A stretch of DNA of 64,000 bases from Ostreococcus lucimarinus (lineage: Eukaryota). The notes below the pieces were generated by a model that searched no databases, was not told the origin of the DNA, and saw only the letters and a list, made by a program, of their open reading frames with translations. The first letter of the stretch is position 1. Every line of letters begins with the position of its first letter. The position numbers and the translations under genes are program-made. The DNA lies in the NCBI GenBank assembly GCA_000092065.1, contig CP000595.1; one strand, 5' to 3'. Of this stretch, positions 38,806-49,604 are shown piece by piece.

Positions 38806-40920
38806 ATGCCCGCGCGCGCGCCGCGCCGCGCGATGGACGTCGACGCCCTCGACGTCGATCTGCGCGTGCCGGACGATCGCGAGGTGCGACGACGACGCGA
38901 CGGGACGCGACGAAACGCGACGCGACAGCTCGAGACGAATTTGAATTCGAAATTGAAACGAACGACTGACGACGCGATGCGACGCCGACGACAGGGCCTG
39001 ACGCGACGAGCGAAAGAATTGCGCGAGCTGCGAGCGACGCTGGCGCGGGAACTCGCGCGGCGACGGCGAGAGGCGTTCGGGGAGGATGACGAGACGGCGG
39101 CGCCGAGCGGCGCGAAGGAGGAGGAGGAGAACGACGACGACGACGACGTGAGAGGCGACGACGCGCGCGGTGAAGAATGCGTGTTCGAGGATGATGATGC
39201 GACGGTGCCGAACGCGCGATCGTTGTCGGATGGGGAGGAGTACGCGGCGGCGGTCGCGGCGGCGCTAGAACCGACGATTCCGCAGAGCGACGATTTCGCG
39301 GCGGCAGGCGACGATGGGGGCGACGATGGCGTCGACGCGCACGATGGGGGAGGGCGTTCGATACCCACGGTGCTCGATGAAGACGATGAGGCGTTGGCGA
39401 CGCTGGAGGCGTTGGGCGTGGCGAGCGAGAGCGAGACGCGCGGGACGGATTCGAAGAGGAAACGCGGGAGGATCGAGGAGACGCCGATGGCGGTGGGCGC
39501 GGACGAGGGCGTCGATGCGCGCGATCGCGTCGCGGAAAGCCCGGGACGGGTGTTGCGATTCAGCGTCGGGGCGAGTTTGGGGTTGGATGATGACGATCTC
39601 ATCGCCGCCGCGGAGGCGCGCGAACGCGCGGCGGCGACGCCCGCGAAGGACGCGTCGATGGCGTACGTGCGCGCCATGACGACTCGATTCGACGGTGGTG
39701 CGCCCGTTCGCGTCGTGTTTTCGGACACCATGCGCGGTGCGAACGCGGCTCAGCACTTGGTCGTCGTCGTGGAGACTTCGGGCGGCGCGTCGATGGACGC
39801 GTTGGTGTTTCGCGTCGACGTCGACGAGGCGACGTGCGTGGGCTCGTGTTCGCTGCACGAGACGCGCAGTTCGCCGAGTCAGCGTGCGACGCGCCGGCGT
39901 CCGTCCATCGGCGCCACCGCGAGCGCCGCATCGGCGCCGCCGAGCCCGGACGCCGTGCGCGTGAGTCCGAACGGGCGTTTCGTCTTCGCGGCGCACGCCG
40001 AAGACGGCGTGCGTTTGCTCGCCGTGCGCGACGGCGACGCACCCGCGTCGAAGAACACGTCGACGTCCAGTGACGTGGTGAAACATCTGGGGTGTGGGTT
40101 CAAAGTGACGCGCGTGGCGACGACGATGGGGGAGTCTGGATTTCTTCTCGCCGCCGCGGGCGAACCGGGACGATGCGTCGTGTGGTCCTGGTCGGTGAAC
40201 GACGCTAACGACGACGAGTTCTTGCTCAAAGAACACGTGACTTGCGATGAGATGCCCGCGATGAACTATCGAGGCGTCGTGCCCAAGCCGGGCACTCCCA
40301 CGAGTCTGCAGTGGCTCGACGTCGATCGCAATCCAAAAATCGTCGCCGTCGTCGACGAAGGTTTGACCTACGTGTGGAACGTCTTGGAGAAGGCGCGCGA
40401 TCGCTCGTCGTACGCGATCGACCACGGCATTCGATCATTGATTCCGGTTCACTGCGAAGGCGTGCCATCGCGTGGCCCCGCCGAAGACGAGCCCTTGGCC
40501 GCAGTGGCGCTCGCGCGTCGCAAGCGCGCGCCGCTTTTGGATCTCGAGTCGAAAGACTCCTCCGACGACTCTCTGTCGAGCGAGCGCGGAGAATCGTGCG
40601 CGATCGGTGCCGCACTCATTCGTGTTCACGGTTTATCCATCGGCGAGTCGTTATTCGCCTCGGAGTCGTCCACGGCGGTATCGTTGGCGTGCGCGGGCGA
40701 AGACGCGTGCTTCGGCGCGCGAGACGGCGCGTTCGTCGCCTGGAACATAGCCACCGGCGAGTGCGCGCTCAAGGTGCTGCTCGCCGTACCGGCAAGTGGT
40801 GAACTCACCGACGACCAGGACCTCGCCGTGCGCTCGGTGGCGTGCGCTGAGAGGCACGTCGCCGCGTGTTGCGGCGACGGCGTCTTCGTCTTCGCCAAAT
40901 CCGCGCCGCGCGCGAGCTAA
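38806..40920 (+). CDS. WD40-like beta-propeller protein with acidic N-terminal region
   Basis: Repeated blade-end motifs CVVWSWS, LTYVWNV and AFVAWNI are present, with an Asp/Glu-rich N-terminus. No specific family was recognised. Confidence 0.5.
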   Translation: MPARAPRRAMDVDALDVDLRVPDDREVRRRRDGTRRNATRQLETNLNSKLKRTTDDAMRRRRQGLTRRAKELRELRATLARELARRRREAFGEDDETAAPSGAKEEEENDDDDDVRGDDARGEECVFEDDDATVPNARSLSDGEEYAAAVAAALEPTIPQSDDFAAAGDDGGDDGVDAHDGGGRSIPTVLDEDDEALATLEALGVASESETRGTDSKRKRGRIEETPMAVGADEGVDARDRVAESPGRVLRFSVGASLGLDDDDLIAAAEARERAAATPAKDASMAYVRAMTTRFDGGAPVRVVFSDTMRGANAAQHLVVVVETSGGASMDALVFRVDVDEATCVGSCSLHETRSSPSQRATRRRPSIGATASAASAPPSPDAVRVSPNGRFVFAAHAEDGVRLLAVRDGDAPASKNTSTSSDVVKHLGCGFKVTRVATTMGESGFLLAAAGEPGRCVVWSWSVNDANDDEFLLKEHVTCDEMPAMNYRGVVPKPGTPTSLQWLDVDRNPKIVAVVDEGLTYVWNVLEKARDRSSYAIDHGIRSLIPVHCEGVPSRGPAEDEPLAAVALARRKRAPLLDLESKDSSDDSLSSERGESCAIGAALIRVHGLSIGESLFASESSTAVSLACAGEDACFGARDGAFVAWNIATGECALKVLLAVPASGELTDDQDLAVRSVACAERHVAACCGDGVFVFAKSAPRAS

Positions 40921-41570
40921 CGCTCGAGCCGACGCGCGCGAGTCGTTCGCGCGCGAATCGATCGATCGGCACCGCGTCGCCGTTTCCGCCGCCGCGATGG
41001 CGCAGCTCGTTGTATCTACAGATTTCGATAGAATTACACGCGGTTCCTCGTTTCTCCGCTCGCTCGCCAGCCTACCACACCGGCCGTCTCCCCGGCACGT
41101 CGTCCCCCGTCTGATTCGCGTCCGCGTACGCCAACTGCGACTTCTCCCTCAGCCAATACCGATCGCTCTTCGTCGGCTGATCCCAATTATCCTTCCTGCG
41201 CGCGAATCCCGAGCCGCGATCCCTCTCGTCAGTCGCCGTCCGCGCCGTCGTCGCCGCAAACCCTCGCGTCGTCGTCGCCGCGCCGCGATCCCGCCGCGTC
41301 GTCCGCCGCGCGCTCGCCGCCACGGCGAGTCCGCGCGCGCTCGCCGCGCGCGACCGCGTCGCGATCCGGAATCCCCGTCGACGCGCCGCCTCGGCGTCTC
41401 GCGCGCGCGCGCCGTCGTTCGCGCGCCGCGCGATCGTCATCGTCTTCATCGCGCGTCGGCGTCGTCTTCATCGCGCGCGTCGCGTCGCGCGCACGCACAG
41501 CGTCGCGCACTTCGCGCTCGTCTTCTCGAGGTGCTTCTCGAGCGCGCGCTGCCGCTCGACGCCGTCGTCG

Positions 41571-44090
41571 ATGCCGCTCGCGATGAATCGCGTGAGAAAT
41601 CCCATGGCGCGTCGGTCTGTGACGGCACAGCGTCGCGCGATGCTCGACGAGGCGCGCGACGCGCGCGCGAGCGTCGACGCGCGCGTTCGCGCGTGCGCGG
41701 CGACGCTCGAGCGGTGCGCGCGCGGCGACGACGAGAGCGACGCGCGATGGCGCGCGCGGTGTCGAGACATTTGTGAAAAAATGACGCGCGCGTGCGCGCC
41801 GACGACGCGCGACGACGGCGAGTGCCGCGCGAGGATGCTCGAGTGCGCGTTCGCGGCGTGCGCGGCGACGGGAGGGCGGTGCGAGCGCGGGCGCGCGGCG
41901 GTGGAGGCGTTGGCGGCGGCGGCGCGCGGGGACGGCGAACGCGCGAGCGACGCGCTGGACGCGCTGTCGAGGACGACGATCGGAGCGTGGGACGAGGCGA
42001 GCGATGCGATGGTGCGTCGAAGCGTCGCGGACGCGGCGTTCGGGGCGATGGAGACGGCGATCGGGGCGGGCGGGAGGACGTGGGCGCGGGCGACGAGCGC
42101 GCTGTGTCGAACGGCGGCGCGGTTGGACGCGCGCGATACGGAGGATGGGAAACGGTACCTCGACGAATCGTTGCGGCTGCTCGAGACGAGGGAGAGCGAG
42201 CGCGGGAGTGGGGACGCGGACGCGCGCGCGAGAGCGGCGATGTGCGCGCGATTGAGCGGCGCGCGGGTGTTGGGATCGATGGGCTCGGCGGCGAAGGAGA
42301 GCGCGAGAGGCGCGTTCGACGAGACGGGCGCGCTTCGAGGCGAGTTCTTCGCGCGCGCCGTTCCCGCGCTGTTGGAACATTCGTATAAAGATAAAGCGGG
42401 AAGCGTGCGGCGGGCGTGCGCGGAGGCGCTCGGGCGCGTGGGAGGGTTGAAGACGACGGACGTTCGCCAGCTCGGACGCGCGTTGGGCGATAAGCGCGAC
42501 GACGTGCGAACGGCGGCGACGCGGTCAGTCGGCGCGCAGGGTGGAGTGGCGAAGTTTTTAGTGCCCAAACTCGTCGAGAACGCGAGGCGCGATGATCCAG
42601 AGTTGCGTCAAACCACGTGCGAGGCGCTGGAGAGCGTGTGGAAAGGACGCCAAGGCGATCCCGCGCAAGACGGTTCGGAGGACGTTCTTTTGTTTCAAAC
42701 CGCGGAGTGTATGGGCGAACTCACGAATGATGCAGACGCTGGCGTGCGCGCGGCGGCGACGAGGTGCTTAGGTCACCTTCGAGGCGCCGCGGCGGCGAAA
42801 GTGAGCTTGATTAACAAGCGCGTAGACGATAGCGATGAAGGCGTGCGAGACGCCGCGGCGGAGACTTTAATCAAGCTCGGATTCATCAATCCGAGCACGG
42901 GCACGCTACGAAACAAGGGCAACTACCGCACGTCAAAGTTTTCGGCGAATAAAAACTTATTCGCCGTCCTGACTGGCAAGCAAGATTCCCTCGCGACGAC
43001 GTCGCGCGTCAACGTTCCCGCGGGAGCCATCGTGCGCGTGTGGTGGCCTCTGGATGAGTGCTACTACGAAGCAAAGGTCAAGGGATACGACAAGTCAACG
43101 CGCAAGTACAGGCTTCTATACCTAGACGACAACGTAGAAGAAGAGGTGAACTTTAGGAAGGAAAAGGTTGACTTGAAGCACAAGCCGACGAAGAACGCCA
43201 GGGCGACGTGGATCCCGTGCGGCGCGGTGCAGCGCAAGCCAAAGTCGAAGGACAAGGATCAACCAAAACACAAAATAGCGCGAAAGCGATCGTCGGCGAC
43301 GAGCGCGTGGGTGGATTACGACGCCGAAGAGCAAAAACGGATCGGTCGCGAAGCGCTCGTCGGTCGTCGAATGAAAGTTTGGTGGCCAGACGACAAGGCG
43401 TGGTACGCCGGCGAGATTCGTCGCTTCAGCGCCGACACGGGCAAGTATACGGTGTTTTACTTCGAGGACGGCGAAGAGGAAGATTTAGATTTCGACAAAG
43501 AAGAGCGCGCGCCAAAGATTTACGAACCTGTTCAAGACGAATCCGCGACGCCTACGATTCACGGTTTGGAACCGCGGCGACTGCCCGTTCGCTCTGGCGA
43601 AAAGGACGCGCTGTACGAACCGGGATGTTTCCGCGGGAGCGAGTGCTGCAGCTTCGTGAACGAAGAGGGCGAGAAAACAACAATGTTGTGCTCGGACTTT
43701 GACAAAATGTACGGCGGCGGAAGTCGCTGGCGACGTTCCATCGTCGTGACTTCCGAAACCGGCGCCGAGCCGATTGACACCTTCTTCCGCGTCAACGGCG
43801 AGCGCTGGGGGAACGCCGTCTTAGGTTATGAGTTCGATATGGACGTCGCCGTCGACATGCGAGACTTTCCCGTCGATCGACAGCCCGTCGAACCGTCTTG
43901 GCAACGCGTGAAAATCATCTCGTACAACCCGACGAGCGGCGAGCACCAATGCGTCGACATCAAGGACGACGGCGAGCCCGATCCCAGTCGCGCCGTGTGG
44001 CTTCCGCTCTGCATGCAACGCACGCGCGCGCGCGCCGCCGCCGACGACGACGACGGTGAAGATTCGATTTCTGACATCATTAGTTCATAG
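41571..44090 (+). CDS. HEAT (PBS-lyase type) repeat protein with two C-terminal Tudor-like domains
   Basis: HEAT repeats VRRACAEALGRVG, VRTAATRSVGAQG and VRAAATRCLGHL are present. The Tudor-like units are IVRVWWPLDECYYEAKVKGYDKSTRKYRLLYLDDNVEEEV and RRMKVWWPDDKAWYAGEIRRFSADTGKYTVFYFEDGEEED, similar to the plant PDS5/EMSY Tudor domain. Confidence 0.6.
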   Translation: MPLAMNRVRNPMARRSVTAQRRAMLDEARDARASVDARVRACAATLERCARGDDESDARWRARCRDICEKMTRACAPTTRDDGECRARMLECAFAACAATGGRCERGRAAVEALAAAARGDGERASDALDALSRTTIGAWDEASDAMVRRSVADAAFGAMETAIGAGGRTWARATSALCRTAARLDARDTEDGKRYLDESLRLLETRESERGSGDADARARAAMCARLSGARVLGSMGSAAKESARGAFDETGALRGEFFARAVPALLEHSYKDKAGSVRRACAEALGRVGGLKTTDVRQLGRALGDKRDDVRTAATRSVGAQGGVAKFLVPKLVENARRDDPELRQTTCEALESVWKGRQGDPAQDGSEDVLLFQTAECMGELTNDADAGVRAAATRCLGHLRGAAAAKVSLINKRVDDSDEGVRDAAAETLIKLGFINPSTGTLRNKGNYRTSKFSANKNLFAVLTGKQDSLATTSRVNVPAGAIVRVWWPLDECYYEAKVKGYDKSTRKYRLLYLDDNVEEEVNFRKEKVDLKHKPTKNARATWIPCGAVQRKPKSKDKDQPKHKIARKRSSATSAWVDYDAEEQKRIGREALVGRRMKVWWPDDKAWYAGEIRRFSADTGKYTVFYFEDGEEEDLDFDKEERAPKIYEPVQDESATPTIHGLEPRRLPVRSGEKDALYEPGCFRGSECCSFVNEEGEKTTMLCSDFDKMYGGGSRWRRSIVVTSETGAEPIDTFFRVNGERWGNAVLGYEFDMDVAVDMRDFPVDRQPVEPSWQRVKIISYNPTSGEHQCVDIKDDGEPDPSRAVWLPLCMQRTRARAAADDDDGEDSISDIISS

Positions 44091-44263
44091 AATTTTGTAA
44101 CTCTGCGCCTCCCGCGAGCGCGTCGCCCGCACTCACCGACGCGACGTCTTGAAACCGCGACGCCGCGCGCGCAAAGCTCAACGAAAACGCATCCGCGCCA
44201 TCGGCGTCGCGTTTTTGGTCGTTCTCGCCGCGCGCGCGCCGCATTCCCTCGCGCCGTCGCGTC

Positions 44264-45889
44264 ATGCACAAAACCTGCGCCTTCCAACGAACGCTCGCGC
44301 GCGGCGTCCTCACGGCGCGCGCGCCGCGAACGAGCGCGGACGCACCGCGCTCGAGTCGTAGAATCACCGCGCACGCGCAGACGCGCCGCGAGTCCCATCG
44401 GAAAGTCGATGGGAACGGTGGCAAGGATTACGCGCAAGTCCGGCACCAACCAGATCCGAGCGCGCATCCGACGCACTTGATTCCGGATGATTTACGCGCG
44501 CCCGACGTCGACGACGCGCGGAAAAAGAAACCAGTGGCGATTGTTTTGGCGTACGTCGGGCAAGGGTACAAAGGGAACACGCACAACGCGCAGGCGCCGC
44601 GAGGGACGACGGTGGACGACGTCGTCGAGGACGCGCTCTTCGCGTGGGGCGGGATTTTAATGCCAAATTATCGCAGTCGCGGGTTGCAGCGGTTGAAGTG
44701 GAGTCGGAGCAGTCGCACGGATAAAGGAGTGAGTTCGTTGTGCACGGTGGTGAGTTTGCGGGCGGAGATCGATCCGGAGGTGTGGACGAAGGACGTCGAG
44801 GCGAGGGAGACGGCGAGAGAAATCACGAAACATTTGCCAGAAGACGTGGAGTGTTTCGCGGTGTACAACACGCCGAAATCGTTTCAAGCGCGAAGAGAGT
44901 GCATCATGCGCACGTACGAGTACTTGCTTCCGGCGCGGGTGTTAGATTTAGAGCGCGGTGTGCTCGATGCGAGCGATGCCGAGCGATTGGAACTGTTTTC
45001 AAAGGCGCTCGCGGCGTTCGTCGGCGCGCACCCGTTTCACAATTATACGAAACGGAAGCAGTACACGCGAGAGGCGATAGGAAAGTACAGCGCGAAACGG
45101 CGAGACGCGCGCGGTAAGTTGGCATGGAAAGGGCAAGAGGGTGCGGTCATGGACGATGGATCGGACGAAGACGTGGAAGGGGAGCACGGCGAGGAGGACG
45201 AGGAGGAGAACGTCGTCGCGTCGACGTCCGCCGCCGAACACGACGACGGGTTTCCAAAACACGTCGGTGAACGCAGGCGAGGCACGTATTGGTTGTACGA
45301 AAGCGACCCGAACGACAAAATCGGCCCGTCGCACTTTCGAAGGATTCACAACTTTACCGCGGGCGCGGATGTCGAGCGTATGGAAATCACGAACGACGAC
45401 GGATCGAAGACGACGAGCGAACCGTTTATTCGCGTCTCCGTTCGAGGGGAGTCGTTCATGCTGTACCAGATTCGCAAAATGATCGCCAGCGCCGTGGCGG
45501 TGAGTCTCGGTCATTGTCCACTCGAGTTCCTTCCCGCGTCGCTCTCTCGACCGTGCCGCGCGGCGATGCCGCTCGCGCCCGCGTCCACGCTCTACCTCTA
45601 CGACGTCGAATTCATGAAGTTTCGCGTCAATCACGACCCGTCGCAGCCGAACCGTTTAGAACGGCTCGAGCCGTCCGAGAGCGTGCGCGCGGACTTGGCG
45701 CGTTTCCAACGCGAAAAGCTCGAGCCCGCGCTCGCGCCCGCGCTGCTGAACGACGAATGGGACGACTTTAAGGAAAACTTGAAGCAAGGCAACGTCACGC
45801 CCGAGCTCTCGCGCGACATCTTAGCCGCGTACGAGACGTACAAGGCGAACAGAGACGAGGCGCGCGCGTTACAGGACGCCGAAGAAGCC

Positions 45890-45923
<34 letters not shown>

Positions 45924-45934
45924 ATTCGCCATGA
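44264..45934 (+). CDS. tRNA pseudouridine synthase, TruA/Pus1 family
   Basis: VAIVLAYVGQGYKG and the catalytic RTDKGVSS are present, and the C-terminal half resembles Pus1. Confidence 0.8.
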
Positions 45935-46025
45935 TAAAAGCGGCGCGCGCGGTACACATTAATATTTCAACATCGCTCTCTAGCCGTCGACGAAGCGACG
46001 AAGCGACCGACTCCTCGACATCGCT

Positions 46026-46352
46026 CTACTGCAACACCGAGTCCAGCGAGTGATTACCCGTGACGACGACCCACAGCGCCCCCAGCGCCGCGCTCACGAT
46101 GATCGCGTCGAGCCACAGCGGCACCTCTTGCCGAAGCGCCGTCGTCACCAGACGATACGCCACCAGCGGCGAAGCCAAATCCACCGCCAAATCCGGCGTC
46201 TGATACGCGTAATCCTCCTCCGCGAACGACGGCGCGCCCGCGAATCCATCGCCGCCGCCCACCGCGAACGATGCCGCGCCCGCGACGTCCGCGTGCGCCA
46301 GCGCGAGCGTCGCGAGCGCGCACGCGCGCGTCACCGCGCGAATCTTCATCTT
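46026..46352 (-). CDS. candidate small secreted/membrane protein (about 108 aa)
   Basis: Signal-peptide-like MKIRAVTRACALATLALAHA and a C-terminal hydrophobic helix are present. It is the only non-Arg-rich ORF in an about 1-kb gap. Confidence 0.3.
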   Translation of the reverse strand, partial: KMKIRAVTRACALATLALAHADVAGAASFAVGGGDGFAGAPSFAEEDYAYQTPDLAVDLASPLVAYRLVTTALRQEVPLWLDAIIVSAALGALWVVVTGNHSLDSVLQ

Positions 46353-46920
46353 CACCGCCGCGTCCCGGTCGCCGTCGGGCGCCGCGCGCGCGCGCGTCGC
46401 GCGCCGACGACGCGCGCGCGTCGTCCGGCGCGCGCCGACCGACGCGCGCGCGTCCGCGCGGCGCGCGGCGAGCGCCATCGCGTCGCGAAGTCGCGCTCGT
46501 TGGATGCCGGCCGCGTCGCCATCGCGCGACGCGCGGCGCGCGTCATGTCGGCGACGCAGCTCGAGCACGCGCGACGAGCGCACGAAGAGATCGAGCGGCT
46601 GGAGCGTCGCGCGGCGCGCGCGCTGAGCGACGGCGCGCCGACGACGCACCGGGCGCGATTGACGCAGAATCGAATCGTCGACGCGATTTTAACGGCGAGC
46701 GTCGACAGGGCGAAGCGATTGGTGCGTCGATCGAGCGACGCGCGCGTCGGCGCGGTTTCGCGCGCGCGCGCGGCGTTCGGGCGCGCGAGACGCGCCGGGA
46801 GGGGTGAAAGACGACGGATGGGGCGTTAGGGCAATTTGGACGCGCGAGCGCGACTGACGAACGAACGCGAACGCGAACGAACGCGCGCAGCGACGAACGT
46901 ACGCGGACGACGATGGATCG

Positions 46921-48288
46921 ATGCGGGAAGAGGCGGAGAGCATGGGCGACGGTGAGGACGTCGAGAGGGCGCTGCGAGGGTTCTATGAGGCGGTGAAGGA
47001 GACGCGGCGGTCGCACGCGGCGCGCGCGGGGGCGGTGGCGGAGGCGGGCGGAGCGTTCGCGGAGGAAATCGTAGAAGAGGCGGAGCGCGCGGTCGGTGGG
47101 GTGTTTAGTGGAGAGGAGAATAGTGGGAGGTATTTGGATTTGCACGAATCGCACATGACGTACGCGAACGCGACGTTCGGGGAGAGGTGCGATTATTCAG
47201 AGTATTTGGAACGGTGCGGGAATTTCGCCGAGACGCCGAGGTCGAAGAAGTTTTGCGCGGCGTACACCGATTATTTGGACGCGTTGTTGGCGTACTTGCG
47301 ATCGTTTCATGAGCGCGCGATTCCTCTGCAGTTCGTTCACAAGGCGTTAGCGCAAGACGCGGAGGAGTTTGAGCGCCGATGGAAAAAGGGCGAGTGTCCG
47401 GGGTGGGAAGACGGCGGCGTGCGCGCCGTGGACGAAAAGACCCTCGAGTCGAGCGCGGTGGATCTCTCGGCGTTCAAGTCTTTGAAAGACATGGAAAAGG
47501 CGCTCGACGTCGATGCGATCAAATCCGCCCTCGGGTCCTTGGGTCTGAAGGCGGGAGGCACGCCCGAGCAGCGCGCCGAGCGATTGTGGAGCGTCAAGGG
47601 CAAAAAGCTGAGCGACATCGACCGAAAGCTCTTCGCCAAGGGTGTAGTCCTCGGTTCTGCGTCGTCGACGTCAAAGAAGAAAAAGTCACAAAACGGTGAA
47701 GACGGCGACGCGAAAGTCAAGGCTGAAAACCGCGCGCGCGCCATCGCCTTCAAAGAGAGCCAGTGCGCGCTCGTGTTGAAGCTCCTCGGCAAGCAACTCG
47801 ACGCGACGCGCACCAACGTGGAGAAGAAATCCACGCTTTCGCTCGCAGAGCTTCAAGCCGAGGCCGAGGAAGACGATGATTTCTCCGACGCGGAAACGGA
47901 TGAGGACGAAGAAATTTACAACCCGTTGAAGTTACCGTTGGGGTGGGACGGGAAACCGATTCCGTACTGGCTTTACAAGCTTCACGGTTTGAACATGGAG
48001 TACACGTGCGAGATTTGCGGTAATTACTCTTATTGGGGACGACGCGCCTTCGAGCGCCATTTCACCGAGTGGCGACATCAGCACGGCATGCGGTGCTTGA
48101 AAATCCCGTACACGAAAGCCTTCAACGAAGTGACGTCCATCGCCGACGCCGCGGCGTTGCACAAAAATTTGTCCCAACGCGAGGTGGGAACCTTCAACGT
48201 CAAGCTCGATGCCGAAGTGGAAGACGCACAAGGAAACGTGTACAACAAGAAGACGTACGAAGATTTACAGCGTCAAGGCTTACTTTAG
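46921..48288 (+). CDS. SF3A3: splicing factor 3A subunit 3 (SF3a60/PRP9)
   Basis: The C-terminus NPLKLPLGWDGKPIPYWLYKLHGLNMEYTCEICGNYSYWGRRAFERHFTEWRHQHGMRCLKIPYT...NKKTYEDLQRQGLL is near-identical to SF3A3. Confidence 0.9.
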   Translation: MREEAESMGDGEDVERALRGFYEAVKETRRSHAARAGAVAEAGGAFAEEIVEEAERAVGGVFSGEENSGRYLDLHESHMTYANATFGERCDYSEYLERCGNFAETPRSKKFCAAYTDYLDALLAYLRSFHERAIPLQFVHKALAQDAEEFERRWKKGECPGWEDGGVRAVDEKTLESSAVDLSAFKSLKDMEKALDVDAIKSALGSLGLKAGGTPEQRAERLWSVKGKKLSDIDRKLFAKGVVLGSASSTSKKKKSQNGEDGDAKVKAENRARAIAFKESQCALVLKLLGKQLDATRTNVEKKSTLSLAELQAEAEEDDDFSDAETDEDEEIYNPLKLPLGWDGKPIPYWLYKLHGLNMEYTCEICGNYSYWGRRAFERHFTEWRHQHGMRCLKIPYTKAFNEVTSIADAAALHKNLSQREVGTFNVKLDAEVEDAQGNVYNKKTYEDLQRQGLL

Positions 48289-48385
48289 CGCGTCGCGGTT
48301 GTGATTGAACGAAACGTCGACAAAACGACGTCGTCGATGTGCGAGCGCGCTCGCATTATAAGCTAATCGCAGCTAATACTACTGT

Positions 48386-49534
48386 TCACCGTTTGCGTTT
48401 CTTGTGCTCGTCGTGCGAAAGCTTGAGCGCGGCGCAAATTGTGACGTACGCGCCCTCCGGGATATCGCGGGCGATTTCGTCCAGCGCCGACATCGCGTCG
48501 TCGAGCTTTGATTCTTCCGCGTCTTTCAGCGTGAGCATGTACGTCAGGCACGCGGTAAAGTGCAATCTACGCGCGGCGTCGATGCACTGGTCTTTGTCCC
48601 AAGGACACCCGTGCTCGTGCGCGTACTTCAAACACTCCAACTGTCCATCATAGGCGGCATCACGGCACGTATCCTCGTTCCAAGGACACCCGCGCTCGTG
48701 CGCGTACTTCAAACACTCCAAGCTTCCACTCCCGGCGGCACGTGCGCACGTCTCCTCGTGCCAAGGACACCCGTTCTCGTGCGCGTACTTCAAACACTCC
48801 AAATGTCCATTCAAGGCGGCAAATGAGCACGTCCTCTCGTTCCAAGGACATCCGTGCTCGCGCGCGTACTTCAAACACTCCAAATGTCCATTCGAGGCGG
48901 CAACCGCGCACGTTTTCTCGTCCCAAGGACACCCGCGCTCGTGCAAGTACTTCAAACACTCCAACTGTCCTTTCCAGGCGGCAGAGATGCACGTCTCTTC
49001 GTCCCAATCACACCCTTGCTCGTGCGCGTACTTCAAACACTCCAACTGTCCATTCGAAGCGGCATTATTGCACGTCCTCAGGTTCCAATCGCATCCGTGC
49101 TCGCGCGCGTACTTCAAACACTCCAACTGTCCATGCGAAGCGGCAGCGTTGCACGTCCCTTTGTCCCAAGGACACCCGTGCTCGTGCGCGTACTTCAAAC
49201 ACTCCAAATGTCCACTATAGGCGGCACATGCGCACGTATCCTCGTGCCAAGGACACCCGTTCTCGTGCGCGTACTTCAAACACTCCAAATGTCCATTCGA
49301 GGCGGCAGACTTGCACGTCCAAGCGTTCCAACGACACCCGCGCTCGCGCAAGTACTTTAAACATTCCAAATGTCCAGTCGAAGCGGCTTCCGCGCAGTCC
49401 GGCGCCGTGAACGCGAGCGCGAGCAAGCGCATATAACTTTCATGTCCATTCAAAGCGGCTTCCGCGATGTGCGACGCCGCGAACGCGCGCTCGCGCAAGC
49501 GCGCCAACGCGGTCGCCTCCTCGCTCGACGCCAT
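48386..49534 (-). CDS. protein with 10 tandem 27-aa ankyrin-like repeats
   Basis: Repeat unit A(S/A)NGHLECLKYAHE(N/H)GCPW(D/N)ExTCxxA. The helix part matches the ANK consensus AAxNGHLEVVKLL. Start is taken at MASSEEAT. Confidence 0.7.
   Translation of the reverse strand: MASSEEATALARLRERAFAASHIAEAALNGHESYMRLLALAFTAPDCAEAASTGHLECLKYLRERGCRWNAWTCKSAASNGHLECLKYAHENGCPWHEDTCACAAYSGHLECLKYAHEHGCPWDKGTCNAAASHGQLECLKYAREHGCDWNLRTCNNAASNGQLECLKYAHEQGCDWDEETCISAAWKGQLECLKYLHERGCPWDEKTCAVAASNGHLECLKYAREHGCPWNERTCSFAALNGHLECLKYAHENGCPWHEETCARAAGSGSLECLKYAHERGCPWNEDTCRDAAYDGQLECLKYAHEHGCPWDKDQCIDAARRLHFTACLTYMLTLKDAEESKLDDAMSALDEIARDIPEGAYVTICAALKLSHDEHKKRKR
48540..49365. repeat. 81-bp in-frame tandem DNA repeat (about 10 units) encoding the ankyrin-like array
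   Basis: The periodicity is visible in both sense and antisense translations (RTSNTPNVHSRRQ recurs every 27 aa in ORF 48742..49410). Confidence 0.7.
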
Positions 49535-49604
49535 CGGCGCCGATCGTCGCGCCTCACCGTCGCGCGCGCGTCGGCGTCGACGCCGCGCGTCACACTCTGC
49601 CGCG

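Noticed and set aside
48742-49410. Plus-strand repeat ORFs (RTSNTPNVHSRRQ units) and any CRISPR or satellite reading of the 48.5-49.4 kb array
   Set aside because: The periodicity is an 81-bp in-frame coding repeat of the minus-strand ankyrin-like gene, and the plus-strand ORFs are its antisense shadow. This is a eukaryotic locus with no CRISPR repeat and spacer structure.
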